64,000 bases of DNA, taken from assembly GCA_964016885.1 (NCBI GenBank), contig OZ024740.1:224750001-224814000 (forward strand), given 5' to 3'. Both the position numbers and the translations under genes were made by a program. The notes under the pieces were generated by a model that had not been told where the DNA came from, ran no database searches, and was given only the letters and a program-made list of their open reading frames with translations. This document shows, piece by piece, positions 11,993 to 26,000 of the stretch. Origin of the DNA: Eledone cirrhosa. Taxonomy: Eukaryota. Position 1 is the first letter of the stretch. Each line of letters begins with the position of its first letter.

Positions 11993-11995
<3 letters not shown>
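10372..11995 (-). mobile_element. RTE LINE family B, 5'-truncated, with 3' UTR and (GAT)n tail; frameshifted
   Basis: ORFs 11839-12102 (FVDLEKAFDRVPR), 11586-11873 (QGSVLSLLLF..YTDD) and 11044-11637 (FRYLGD), plus RLRWYGHV. The 3' UTR matches 48640-49056. Confidence 0.93.
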
Positions 11996-12053
<58 letters not shown>

Positions 12054-12074
12054 GTATGTATATATATATACATA

Positions 12075-12153
12075 CACGGTGTCCCAAAAAATGTATACAC
12101 ACTTCAATATCGTTCTAATCAAAGTGAGTATACGTTTTTTAGGACACCTTGTG
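12075..12153. mobile_element. Tiny Tc1/mariner-type MITE
   Basis: About 30-bp TIRs CACGGTGTCCCAAAAAATGTATACACACTT / AAGTGAGTATACGTTTTTTAGGACACCTTGTG, TA on both flanks. Confidence 0.7.
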
Positions 12154-12339
12154 TATATATGCATGTATGTGTGTGTGTATCTGTGCACACATATATATGT
12201 TATGTGTGTATATAAATACCTAGATGTGTCTGTCCATTTCTAGGTTTGTATATATATATATATATATGTACATCTATATGTGTGGGGTGCATATTTTGAA
12301 TGTGGTTTCATAGTTGATGAAATAATTCCTTATATTTAA

Positions 12340-12620
12340 CAATTGTTTCTACTTTTGGCACAAGGCTAGCAATTATCCCAGATGCTTTACTTTTTCTACC
12401 CCGTAAGAGTGAGAGTCAAAGTTAACCTCTGCAGGTTTTGAACTGTAAAAGGACATAACTCTATATTGCAAAGCATGGCGTCCGACCCTCTACCGCCTTA
12501 AAGCTTTAATAATAATGATTTCTAGCATAGGCACAAGGCCAGTAATTTGATCCGGGTTGGGGGGGGGGGGGGGGTAAATCGACCCCATTACCTTACTGGT
12601 GCTTTATTTTATGTCAACCC
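12340..12620 (-). mobile_element. Two adjacent Nin/Deu-type SINE copies
   Basis: GGCACAAGGC(C/T)AG tails and TACTGGT(A/G)CTTTATTTTAT motifs as in 3041-3153. Confidence 0.7.
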
Positions 12621-12639
12621 CATATAACTATATTCTGTA

Positions 12640-12860
12640 TACCGATTCATTACCGTAGTTCTAATGAAATACATTTTACCTGAATTAATAACTGAGGAAT
12701 TTGGAGGCATTTACTAACATTCTTGATTATTCTATTGATTATTTTAACATAACTCATCACAGTGTTATAATATAAACTTCTGATTGATTTAAATTTAAAT
12801 AGGATCCTTTTAAAGTGAATAGATTTTGTTTTTCATAGAACCAGAGGCAGTTGCTGTATG
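12640..12860 (+). mobile_element. Decayed MITE, family shared with 34066-34295 and 58920-59358
   Basis: Shared TGAAATACA..GAGGAATTT..TTTACTAACA and TTTCATAGAA(C/T)CAGAG motifs. Confidence 0.5.
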
Positions 12861-15695
12861 GGGATCAGCTACAGTATATTACTGGTATTTATGTTATGAA
12901 CACCAAGTAGAATGAAAAGTGAAGTTCCCTTCCTGCAAATGAATTCAATATGTAAAGGCAACTAACTATATAACACCAGGTGTGGGTTCAGGTCTGCCAC
13001 TGGGTCGGGCACTCTACTGATTCTGCTGTTCCACTACCCTTTGATTCTGATAATAATAACGAATAAAAGTCATTAATAAGACAATGAATATTTAATTAAT
13101 ATTAAGAGGTGATCTTGGGTTCCATCCTATCCTGTGGCATTATGTGCAAGTGTCTTGTGATTGAATGCCAGGAACCACATTTTATAGGTGTGTGAAAGCA
13201 TGTGCGCATGTTTGTCTGTCTCTTCACTTTTCTATATATATTCTACATCACATGTGGTGATATTTATTTATGTTCAGCATAAAGAGAGGCTTTGCTGTTC
13301 AGCATTTATATGTGCTCAGATAAGTATTGTACTTTTTAAAAATGAGATCTGTCATAAGGAATGGCTATAGAATACTATCTCACAAAGTCTTGTACAATTC
13401 ATGAAACTGTTGATGATGATTATGGTGTACTTTGAGGAATAAAATATGTTTAAAAATGACTTTTATCTCCGTACACAACAAACTTCTTCAAAACTGGGAT
13501 ATAATAAATGGACTACCAGAAGACTATATTTTCTTGCTACTTATATTCAGCTTTCTTAGCTCTGCTCAAACAGAAATGACATGTTGGTGAATTGTGAAAG
13601 GTCTGGGTGCAAACCACAGGTCCTAGCACCCAGGATATATCATGTCATTCTGTCTGGTTGAGGATTACATTGTGCTCTCTGACATACAGTGATTTATCAT
13701 GTAAAGTACAATGTGGGAAAGATTGATTCTATGCTGGTGTCTTCTACACTGTCTAGTCTACATTCCAGGCTGCACAAGGATGACACATTAATTACATTCT
13801 TTTAGAAAATGCAACTTGCTGGAAATGTAATCTGATAAAACTTAAATGAAATACATGTTTTCTTAGGTTATGTTTGGCTTCAATGCCGGATGGTTTCTTT
13901 TCTTAGATTTCTGTTTGTGGAGGTGGCAGATGGGGAATATAAACTATATGACAATTAAATAAAAACACTCATTCACAAACACTATCATACATAAATGCAT
14001 AGATGTTTTAAGACACACACATACATGCACTACACTCACATTTATATTCATGTATAATAATCAGTTTGACATGTTTGCACATACATCCACAATGGTATGC
14101 ATTTATAGAAATAAAGACATTGATACAAAATGTCTACATACCCACACATGAGATTTTATAATGAAAAATAAAAAAAAATTATAAGTTTTGTTCAAGAATG
14201 TAAACATGTTATTTTACTATAAATCTCTTTCTTCATCTCCATTTCTTTCTTTCTTTCTTTTGTTTCTCTCTCTATTACAGAAAAGTGAATATCAATATTC
14301 TTGCTATTTAATAGAAGAGAAGTGAATTTATTCAGGGAATGACAAAATCATTTAGTTAACTTCACAGATCAGACACAGCGAATAATGTGAAATGCAAATA
14401 AACATATTTGCTCCCCAAATTTCAGTTGTTGAATCAGTTTGCAAATATTCCAAGCTTGTGTGTACTTTGCAGACTATTTAATACAACATATTTCTACTTT
14501 GCCTTTTAGTTTAATGTCCATCCCTGTGACAATAATAAAATGCAAAATAGCAAGATAAATACATAGTTTCTATTCTTCTAGGAATCCAAATATTAATCCT
14601 TCTTAATTAAGGTTCTTTACTTGAATGTTAAATGATTTGTGAGAGAACAATGTGACCGACCACAACCCACAATATCTCTGATGTATCATTCGTCACACCA
14701 TTCATGGTTGTAAATTGAATGCCATAAAATAAGCTCATCCCTGGTTATTTGTTTAACTCTTCCAGAGTTATTTCCGTGACAGCAGGGTTTACCGATGCCA
14801 TCAACAATGCTGACTCATAATAATGTCCCCCACCCCCACTCATCTACCTTTTCTCTTCATCTGCCATAGTTTGTCTGTCTAGTAGTCATCTGATATTTTC
14901 ATCTATTTCCATAACAATGCTATGAAGAAGAAGAAGAATTTCATGCAACCAAAAGATGACATGATTGTCTGCTAGACTAATATTGTGGAAGTTATGAGTG
15001 TGACATGCTAGTACATGCCAAGATATAATTTCTCACTGTCATTTTGATGCTTTAAGGAGATTAGTTGGAAGTTCTTAATTTAGAAACTTTGCAAATAGAT
15101 CCAAGAATATATTTATATATTCTTCATTTAATCTCTAGATGAGCATTTGGTAATATTTATGTGTCAGGAGTATAAACTAATGCACTTCTACAGTATTTCT
15201 ATCTATTTCAAATTTTCTACATTATATATAAACAATATCTACTCTCATGCAAAGATACAATATTTATGCTATAAGAATAATACAATGTTGAAGTTTACCT
15301 TTTAATGTTCAGTATAATTTTTGATTTGTAAATTTAGTTATTTCATGTATTCTCAGGTGAAATATTTATAATTTTAAAAGGTTTTGACATTAGTTACCAT
15401 TATGCAATTAAAACTGATATGTAATTATTTCTTTAATGTGAAAAACAAAGAAACTAAGTGAGGTAAGTTTTATAACTAAGACTAAGAAATCATTACATTT
15501 AGAGTTCAAGTCCTGTTAGGGTTAACTTTCTTTTTACTTCATCAGTAATCAGTGATGTATAAAAATAATACTAACTACTCTACCAATTCCTAAACTTGTG
15601 GCCTTATGACAAAGCTGTAAGTCTTTATAATCCTCCTCAATTAGATTAACTATTTCTTTTTCTTACAAATATGCAGCCTGCTTCCAATGTAAGAA

Positions 15696-15730
<35 letters not shown>

Positions 15731-15809
15731 TGCTCTTGTTTACATTGTAAGTTTGTTGTTTCTCACATGTTATAAAAACCCGTTTTGTTTTAATTTTGGA
15801 ATATTTCTG

Positions 15810-18480
15810 TGTCTAAGGTTACCAACTTCCGAGGGAGTTGTTAGTCATTTTCCCCTAATCTTTAGCCCCTAGAAGGCTAAAATTTGCATTTCACCAAATT
15901 GAAAAACATTATGGCTTATACCAAAATTTCTTCTTCCAGATGAGCTCTAACGTGCACAAGAAAAATGAGACCAGCGACATCATGACAAACATCAACACCC
16001 CCACTACTACAGATATCATCAACAACAACAGGTGTGGCAATGGTAGTGGTACCAACAACCAAAACTAAAGGTTTTGTGAAGCAAGTGATGATTTTAATTT
16101 TCTGGCACAGCCAAAGTCCACCACTACCACAACAGTGAATACTGTACCATCATCACCGCCAACACTACCATGGCAACAACAAAATGTACCACATAAACAA
16201 ACAGCAAAACAATAATGACCACAATAACAGCAACAACAACACAATTGCAAACACCTTTTTCAGGCATTGTCACTAAAAAAAAAAAATGCATACATTGACA
16301 TTAATAATCAAAGCACTTGAATTGGTTCGGGCTAAATCGTTTAATAAAATTTGAAGGTGGGAAGGTGGCAAAGATGGTGCCACCTGAAATAGTGGAAGAA
16401 AGGGCAAAAGGAAATAACATCTACAGAACTGTGTGACTACTGAGCTGGCAAGACAAATATGTTACAGTTGTTCAGGTGGAGAAAGCTCTAAAAGTAGTAA
16501 TGCAAGATGTGGTACATATTCAATGAAGTTTGCCAGTGTCGAGGACCTCTTCAAAAGTGAGGAGCTTATGCAAAACATTCAGTGGTGCCCTGTTGAAGTG
16601 AGGAGTTAGTCCTCTATATAACATATCTTTCAATGAGAACTGTTAAGCTGAGAATACCAGGTGTTTTGCTGGGCCTAAACATTTAGTGGACCTTAACCTG
16701 CATTATTCTTGGTGACCAAAACACACTACTTGCGGTCAAAAGCAATGGAAGAATAGATTGGTCAGGGATAGACTTGGAGATTCTGCTACAGGAAAAGCCA
16801 AATCAAATAGACAATATCCTGGACCATATACAGCTGCCCAAAGGGGCAGACCTCCATATAATTACAGACAGAAAAAACCCTAAGTGACATCTGTATGTAT
16901 CAACAGGGCACCTAAGAGCTTTCTGCATACAGAAAATAGGAGACAAGAGGCCACCACTGCTGCCAATACCATCACCTCAACACTAGCAACAACAGCGAAA
17001 TTTTGCTACACCTGCAGCACCATCAACAACAACAACAACAACAACAGCAAGAACACCGACAGCAAATATTACAGCAGCAGCTGTAAAGCCAACAAAACAG
17101 GTAGCTGCAACAACAAAAGCAGCTGAATGCATCCTTTCTGGTGCACAAAGTCTATAAAGACTGGATTAGTGAATTAGTTAAACAAACCTTGATGGGTGCA
17201 TTCATCAACAACAAATAGTAGTTTGCCCTGAAAAAGGCGATTAGAGTAGAATTGATAAGATTTAGTAAAGGAGTAGCAATAGAGAAAACTGGACAAGAGA
17301 GTGAACTATTTAGAAAGCTAGAAGAAGTTTTTATGAAAGGTACCACAACTGATGTGCTTCTGGTGAGATTAGCTCTTGAACAACTCGATACAAAGCACAA
17401 AGGCTGCATTGTCAGAGCTAGGGCATCTGATCTGAGACATGAGGGGATGAAAGCCATTTGATGGGCCCAAGTGGCAAAGGTATGTCATGGAAACAAAGCC
17501 ATAATCCAGTCTGTGGCAGACCATAATGGCTGCATGTTACTCATGTGTGTGGCTTTTCAGCAACACATAAACTGATCATGAGCAGTGGTGCACCAGATTG
17601 CAAGATGGACTTCAATGCCAGCCTCAACAGCTTCCCACAGGTCTTGACCATGGGACCAGAGTGTTGCAAAAGGCTAATGATAGCCAGTAAGAAAGAGAAG
17701 ATGATGACTGAATGGTCTCAATGAGCCTTATGTTTACATTCCTGACTTGGAATGGGAGAGGTGTAGATCAACTTAGTTCAATTGAAAGCTTTAAATAAGG
17801 TCACCCATCATTACCTGGTGGCAGCCCTCAAGGCAGATGGTTTCCACCCTGCCTTCAAGAGCTGGATTACTGCAATGCACAGCAACATCTGCTCTCTGCT
17901 TAGAGTGAATGGTTATCTTTCAAACCATTCAACATCATGCATTCGGTCTACCAAGATTGTCCCCTTTCATCCCTTTTGTATGTTGACTATTGGAGATATT
18001 AAGGTGTATCCCATGTGAACTAGGATGTGGGAGATCCATGTCAGCATATGCCGATGTTGTCACAGTTCTAGTGTTGAGCACCAAACACATTGAGATGATC
18101 AGCATCACTCTCAAGGAATACAAATTAATAAGGAAATGTCAGTGGGCCTGCAGCTTCATACCTGGATGAATGGACCAGTTAAATTGCTAGGGCTCTGGTT
18201 TGGTGTGGATCTCCAGATGCACACAATCTGGGATGAGGTAACGAACAGCATGGCCTCTCTCACCCTGTAATAGGACAAGAGGAAGCTATCACTGAAAGGT
18301 CAATCAAAGATGGTGAATGCATACTACCATCTGATTGTTGTGTCTTGTCCCAGTCCACATCTGACTATATTGGAGCTGTTACTTATTTGCTTTTTTTAGA
18401 AGGGACGTTTCCATTGGTTAGGCAGTTCATTTGTTGGCAACACTTGCTGCATGGAGAACTGGGTAATCTATGCTAAAACA
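15810..18480 (+). mobile_element. Heavily decayed Tx1/L1-clade LINE (ORF1 remnant, linker, RT)
   Basis: ORF 17782-18018 KALNKVTHHYLVAALKADGFHPAFKSWITAMHSNICSLLRVNGYLS, then SAYADVVTV (YADD relic) and VKLLGLWFG, typical of Tx1-like RT. Confidence 0.65.
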
Positions 18481-18544
18481 ACAGTGTCCTGAGCTGTCAA
18501 AAATATTTTCATGTGAGCCCTGGATGACTAATAAATAAATCATT

Positions 18545-19000
18545 ATTAATTATTATTATTTTTGGAGTCTCAGCCATTGATGTTATTAAACTGGAAAGTT
18601 ATATTAAATGAACATCAAGCCGTTACCTGTAGCCTCAGATATTCAGGACATATCGGAGGGTTTTTGCTGTTTCCAGCAAGCATGCTTTTTGAAGTGTTCC
18701 AAACAAGGGGGTTGGACTAAGGTTCTTTAACCATCCTTGAAAACCTCTTCAAGATAGTACCTAGTGCTCCTATAACAATGGGGATAACTTTGATCTCATG
18801 ACAGTCCCAAATCCTTTTTAATTCCCACTTTAAATCTTGGTATCAGTTAATTTTCTCTCTCTCCTTTTCTTGCACTCTTGAAGAAAAGGGCAAGGCTACA
18901 TCTACAATCATGCACAATCTTTTTTCCTTGTTAAAAACAACCAGGTCAGGCCTATTGTATTTCTTTTCTGTTTGTATCCTGAAAACCCATAGCACCTTAT
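18545..19000 (-). mobile_element. R4/Dong-like non-LTR element 3' end (restriction-like endonuclease)
   Basis: KVLWVFRIQTEKKYNRPDLVVFNKEKRLCMIVDVALP...EKIN*YQDLKWELKRIW...IPIVIGALG...QKACLLETAKTLR. This is the PD-(D/E)xK RLE pattern. TAA-rich flanks. Confidence 0.85.
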
Positions 19001-19049
19001 TATGATAATCATTATTAATATTATAATGAATAGTGGAAGGCAGATTTAT

Positions 19050-19265
19050 AGAAACATTAGCTCACTGATAGAACACAAATTGTGTGGAGACATTTAGTTA
19101 TATATCTTTATGTTTTTAATTCAAATTCTGTTGAGGTAAGTTTGCTTTCCATTTTTCCTGAGTCAATAAATAAAGTACCAATCAAGTAATTGGGGTTGAT
19201 ACCAAACCTCTCCCCAGCAAAAGAAATTTCTGGCCTTATGTCTGTTTTATCTTTAAAACAATTAT
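19050..19265 (+). mobile_element. Decayed Nin/Deu-type SINE
   Basis: TTCAAATTCTGTTGAGG..TTTGCTTTCCAT..TAAAGTACCA..TGGCCTTATG. Confidence 0.55.
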
Positions 19266-20745
19266 TATAATAATCAGCAATAACAACAGCTTAAATTATG
19301 TTGTTATATATTGTTATTTAATGGATAAATGGTATATATATTCTTGCAATAACTTTCTTAGGTAACCACTATTTTAATAACTGGAATCTTCTTACATCTG
19401 TGATTTCTCATCTTAAATATGTAGCCTAGACATCGTCATCATCATTGTCATTATCAACATTTTACATTTGTTCTTCCACGATTGTATACGTTTGCTCTTC
19501 ATGATGCCAACTCACATTTATATTAAAACATATCGTATATATTACCTTTCTTCATTGTCTTCCACACTGCATGGCATAAACAAATGTCCTGAGTTGTGTT
19601 AAACATCGAAGACATGTGCAGTAAACTGACACACACATACATGCACATATTTATATCTTCAGATATTTACTAATTCATCCTCAACCAAAATACATCAGCT
19701 TTGCACTTTAGAGCAACAGTAGTACCTTATGGTTCCAATATTGTTTTTTCTTTTACATTACAGAAAGGTAAGAAATTTTAAGATAGTGTACAATAAATTA
19801 ACCATTATTTTGTCCCATAGACTGCTGAAGAATGAAAAATAAATTAGATTTTGATGTGATTTGAACTCAGAATGTAAAGTCAGTGAGTGAGCAAGAGTTT
19901 TAAGGCCATATTCCCAGCTAAAACAAGAGTTAGCCTTGTGAGCCCTATAATAGGCTTCATAATTATTATGATCTTCTTTTTGAGGCAAAATGTTACAGCC
20001 AGATGTTGTTCCTGACACCAAACTACAAACTATTTTAGACATCTCTGACAACAGACACAGATAAGGTATGCCCATTCTAAATTGGATACACACAAAATGT
20101 AAATAGGTGTAATGAAATTCCACAAGGCATTTTGTCCAATTGATAAATATTAGCAACTTATACCCTCAAACGTCATATCTGACTAGGAATTATAATTCTT
20201 ATTTTGTTTCAGTTGGCCTTATGAGAAATTTCATCATTGCAGTTACAATTTTGACCTGATAATCCTTTTGATAACTACACACAAGGATTGCTGCTACAGA
20301 TGTACTTTGGTATCAGTTTATGCCTAGAGATATTAGAGGCAAAACAGCATGTATCTAAAGAGGTTATTTTCTCACCAATTAGCTTGGGACATGCTCCTTG
20401 TGGTAGTGTCAAATGACCCATGATTTGTATTTACTTCATTGCTTTACAAAAACAATTATCTTTCTTCCACCAGGCCAAAAAAAAAAATGACAATATTAAT
20501 AATAATAATAATAATCTCACCATCTCATTGTGCTGATGTTGTTTCCCTTGATGACATTCTGCTCTAATGCAGGCACCATCTTAAAATGATAGCAAACACT
20601 TATGCTGCCCATCTCCACTTGATAACCTAGAGCAATAGGAGGCAGCCATGAACAATTTATTTGTTCTGCTGATTCCTTGCTCATCCTCAAAGTTTGGTTA
20701 TCATGTTACAGATACAGCAGGAAAGTCTAATACATTTTATTATGA

Positions 20746-20970
20746 GTGACTTAGTGTTTAGAGAGTTGGATTCACAATCATGAGGTTGTAAGTTCGATTT
20801 CCAGATCAGGCAATGTGTTATGTCCTTGAGCAAGACACTTTATTTCATATTTCTTCTTCTGCTAGGAGTTGCGACTGGTAGATAGTATTAGCAATTAGAA
20901 AGACCACTGGAAACATTGTTTCCTTAGTCTAATCTGATTAGACCAAGGAAACAATGTTTCCACTGGTCTT
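20746..20970 (+). mobile_element. tRNA-derived SINE family 1 ending in a 71-nt palindrome
   Basis: Matches 1512-1710. 20900-20934 pairs with 20936-20970. Confidence 0.8.
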
Positions 20971-23099
20971 GGTAAGTGAATGAGGTTTGGGATCTTGTAA
21001 ATTTGGACTATTATTTTATTATTTTTTATTACTATAATCAACCAAAAAACATTTTCATTGGCTTTTATCCTTCCATGATATATATATATATATATATTCA
21101 AGTCCCAGTGATGTACATAGTGTGTATGTCTGGAGTGAAGGGGATGACATTTTCGTTCAGATGCTTAGGGATGGGCACTAAATACATGGCAGGGTATTAG
21201 GATCAAAGTGCAAAAAATATTGTTTAATTAATAAAAGAGCTGTTTTCGTTCCATAGATCTCACTGTGAATACCTGAGGATGAAACTTAGTTTCTTAAAAT
21301 AACTGACTGCCAGAAATAAGCAGGATAGCTTTTGCTACTATAACCCCAAAACTATAAACACAAATTACTGGCATGATTTACATTATAAGGATAATATTTT
21401 ACATGTGATATATCTTGTGAGTACAAGACCTTTTCATTAGTTTTAATGCCACTCTGTCCTATAGGTTGTACCATTTAAATTATAAAAATTCATAATTACT
21501 TTAATTATATTATATTGTTGGTCATTGTCTGCAGCAATGCCTTTGCCATTTTGTCCACAAGGCACAGCCATAACATCACTCTCACTTAAGTGTAGAGTCT
21601 GTCTCACTCTCCCCTCCCCCTTTCTTTCATTGCTTAATAATACTTGCCATTTCCCTCCTTTTCTTCTCATTTATAGTCTTTTAAAAAAAATTTTTTTATT
21701 GATTTCTATTGATTTGCTTCTTTTGAATATACTATAGTCATTGTATATAATACATAAATTATGTTTATATTTACAATATGGAATAAATAAGACATACATC
21801 ATGTAACTTTAAAAACAAAAATTATTTAACTATTTTACATATTGTTTATTACAACATTTTTGAATAACAATATACATTTAGTCATATTTATGCTTGTTTT
21901 AGGCCTGACAAACTTAAATTCAGGAATTCTATGCAATATGCTATGTTAGTCAAGTTTTTACTTTTATTGATCCAAGTTAAGTCAGTTTTCTACCTCTGGT
22001 TTCCACAACCAATGACTTTTATTTAAATTAATCTTCCCACAGAACCAAAACTACAGTTGCTTCTTTTATAGGAGAAACATTACTAGTTGGAAGAGAGAAA
22101 TGCTTATATTTAGAGAAGAATAGATATCCAATAGCATGTACATTGTCTTTAACAAAATATTTCAAATTTTGAACTTATCTCATGTACTTTAAGCTCTGCC
22201 TTTGCAATGCCTTTGTACAACCTATGACATCCCTCAGATTTCGAAGGGTAAAAGACAAGAAACCACTGTTCTAACTTCTATTAATCTGTCTATACTTCAT
22301 GATTGATGTTGAAAAAAGAAACCAATTATTAATTATGTTAAGTAAAACTAACCAGCATTTAAGAAAATATTCATTGTTGTTGTGTCTATATATTTTCAGA
22401 TTTTCCATCTCCAAAGATTTGCTTGTTTCTGAGTGATGACCCATTAATTATTCAAATATTTAGATATTTATCCATATAATTGTCTATGAGATTATTATCT
22501 AATCATCACTCACTTTTGTAATTATACATTGGCCTTCTGATATTTAACTATATTTCCCTGTGTGTAATAAATGAATATAGGAATATAAATGTTATTAATG
22601 GTCTAATCTCACATTTCTATCTTGCTGTCATATAATCAAAGATATTCCATAACAATATATTCATTAGAGAGAGTTTTAAGATAACAACTGTAAATCGAAT
22701 TAACTAAAATACATATAGGTACAAAGATGAATATATTGTCAGTATTCAGAATTATCCTACTCCCTAAAGCTTATAATGATGGCAAATGTGCCAAAGACAT
22801 AAGCTAAAATATATTTTGAAAACCTATAGGAATATAAATTATGTTGGATCACAAAACACTTATTAAAGTTACCTGGCTCAGTGGTTAGGTTAATATGTTC
22901 ATGGATATATGAATACATGTTCAATCTTTGACAGAACATCAAATTGTTTATATTGCTCAACTCCACTCCGGTGAAAAGATTGGTATTAGCAGCAACAAAT
23001 GGTGGATGAAATATGCAATGGAAAGTTCTTCTTCTTCTTCTCCCCCCCCCCCTCCTCCTCCTCCTCCTCCCAGTGATTCCTGTCGGGGGGTTGTAGAGA

Positions 23100-26000
23100 C
23101 AGTCCTCAAACTCTCCTTCCAGTGAGTCCTGTCAGAAACAACCATCTCCAACTAATCTGACTGGATTCCCCAGTGAAACCAGCCAAGATTATGGATGTTA
23201 TCCAACCATCTTGCTAGGAGTCTATCCTTGGGGCTTCTGCCAGTTGGTTTTACACATAAAATCTGTTCAGCAATTCATTCCCAAGACATTATAACCACAT
23301 GCCTATAGTATCAGAGCTGTGATCTCTCAATTTGAAGAAGTAGCAGCTCTACCTGAAATAACACTCAGTTCTCTAAGCTACCCATTCTATCAAGTAACAT
23401 TACTCCAAAGACCTTTTGGGGTAGTCACATGTTGGCTGCTTGTAATCACGATCATATTTTTTCAGTCATTACACAAGATTATTGACCATAGGTAAGGGTT
23501 GGTATGAATATCAAATTAAAAATAGCAGGTTTGGCTTTTACACCATCTCCATTCTTCCGGTTACCAAACACTGAATCTCTCACATTACTGCACCAGCCCC
23601 TGCAATTCTTGTACTTAATTCAGCCATCTATCTTCCATGACCCCGAGATACTTGAACTTCTCTACCTGCTTCAGTGGAACTCCATTCTCATGTATGTGTT
23701 GCACAGGGTCTTTTGACTTGATGAGTGTCTGTTTCACAGCACTAATTTCCATTCCAGCCATGTAGTACTCAACATCAAACCTATCAAGTGCAAGTCAGAA
23801 ATCATCTTCTGTCAAGTTAAGTAACACCATGTCATCTGCAAGCTCCAACTGACTCATTTTATACCCACCAGTTGTGATATCACTTCCAACCCGGCTGGGC
23901 ATATCAAACCTGTTCATGTAAATAATGAACAGGAGAGGTGACAGTACACACCCTTGGTTGATTCCACATCGATATTGAATGCTTTTGATTTAGCACCATC
24001 TATATAAACTCACATACTCGGGCATTTGTATAGAGACATCAGGGCAACAAGAAGCTGACAATCGATCCCATATCCTTGCAGAACAATCCAGAGCTCTCCC
24101 TAAGGAATATTGTCTACAAAACAGGAATATACCTCTTGGCAATATTCCCATGAGTGTGAATATTTGGTCAGTTTTGCTGCATCCAGGGGAAAAACCACAC
24201 TGTTCATCAACTAGCTTGGATGCGATAATCTTACTACAACACTTTGCCAGACACTTAACATAGACTTTATCGGGTAGGCTTAACAAAAATATCCCTCTCT
24301 AATTGGAACAATCAATCTCTCTTATCTCCTTTTTGGAAGATCGGGATTATCACAAGGATTGCCATTGCTTAGATGCTTTTCCAGGCCACCCAGCACTTGT
24401 GAGCCAGCCAGAGAATAACTTCTCATCTTAAAACTTTTAACACCTCTTTTCAAGTGGCTTTGCTACATTCAAGCTCTTTAACTGTTCTTTTGACTTCAGC
24501 CTATGAGAGATTGGTCACTGTGCCTAGAAACACATTGGGTACATCAGAATATGCTGGTGTGATTGGGTTTAGGAGGTCAGCAAAGTATTCTCTCCACATC
24601 ACAAGGACGCACCTCTATGAAGAGAGGAGAACCCCAGATATGTTTTTGATAGCAGGGTGGTGGAAGAGGACTTATTGCAAAGTTGTCAGATGGTCTGCCA
24701 GAACACTCCATTTGCTGATCTGAAGTCGGATTACAGCTTAACCCTAAAGTCCTCCCATGTCTTAACTTTGGACACCTTTACTGTCTCTGCTGTGACTCGT
24801 CATGCCTACTTCAATCACAAGTGCAAGAAGGAGGACTTATTTCCAAGCCAAGCTTTGTAGGCCTCCTTCTTTGCTTGGATAGCATTTTTGACCTCTTGAT
24901 TGCACCAAGGGGTCTTCCTGCCATCAGCCAACACACCAAGCCTCTTTCATTCACAACATTTAACAGCTGAAGCAGAAACTGCTGAGCTGAACAATCTCCA
25001 ATCAGTCTCAATGTCCTTAGATTACTCAGGAAGTTCTGGATTTGGATGCAATAGTATCTGTATACATGGTCATGGTTTCCTTATCCACCAACGCTTCCAA
25101 GTTTATCTTATATGTCAAATTTGACCTGCCAGTTTTGTGGGATTCTATGGTTTTTAGGTAGCCTCAAGTTACAGATAACTAGTTGATGATCAGTTGACAG
25201 CTCAGCATCCTCTCTTAACATGAACATCCAGACAGAAGCAAAGAGATCAGAGACAACAACAAAATCAAATATTGAACTCGCCTTAATTTCCCCTATACCA
25301 TGTATATTTATGGATGTCTTTGTGCTGGTAGAAGGTGTTCATAATAGAGGGTCCATTGCTAGAACAGAAGTTACTAAGGCCTCTCCATTTGTATTTAAAT
25401 CAGTGTCACCATTCTTTTCAATCACTCCTTTCCATGTCAGTACCAACATGTGCATTGAAGTCTCCCATCAGGATATAGGACTCAGTCTTAACTACATCTA
25501 ATGCTGAAGCTACTTCATCAAAGAAGGATCTCATCATCATCATTATCATCATCATTCAGTTTTTTTTTATGCATGACAAAATCCCTTAGTAGGGGTGAGC
25601 CCTGACTGAGATCAATCTTTTGTTTCTTGCTCCATGTATTTCTGCCTGTTGTTCTTGTGCCAGGTCAACCCAACTTCATCCCAATGGACATCCTCCATCA
25701 AGTCCTTTTGGTCTTCCTGGGCCTCTACTGCCTCCTGCTGATCCAGCTCTCACTGAACTCAACATGGCCATACCTGTGCATGCATCTTGTTTGAAGCACA
25801 TCCTTGAGGGCATCGATCAGCAGTCTTTTAAGAAGCTTAGTTGAGCAGCCATCATCCTCCAGGGTCACACCACACACCCAGCGAATCATAGCCCTGTCAT
25901 TTTTTTCTGAGCCAATTCAGACAGTCAGATGGGCCCAGGTCTCGCTGGCATAGACCAACACACTTCTTGCCAAGGTGTTGTAAATCCCCCCCTTGGTGAC

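Noticed and set aside
18842-18848. In-frame TGA in the RLE domain as possible selenocysteine or readthrough
   Set aside because: It replaces the conserved K/R of the KY motif in a truncated, decayed copy; most simply a nonsense mutation.
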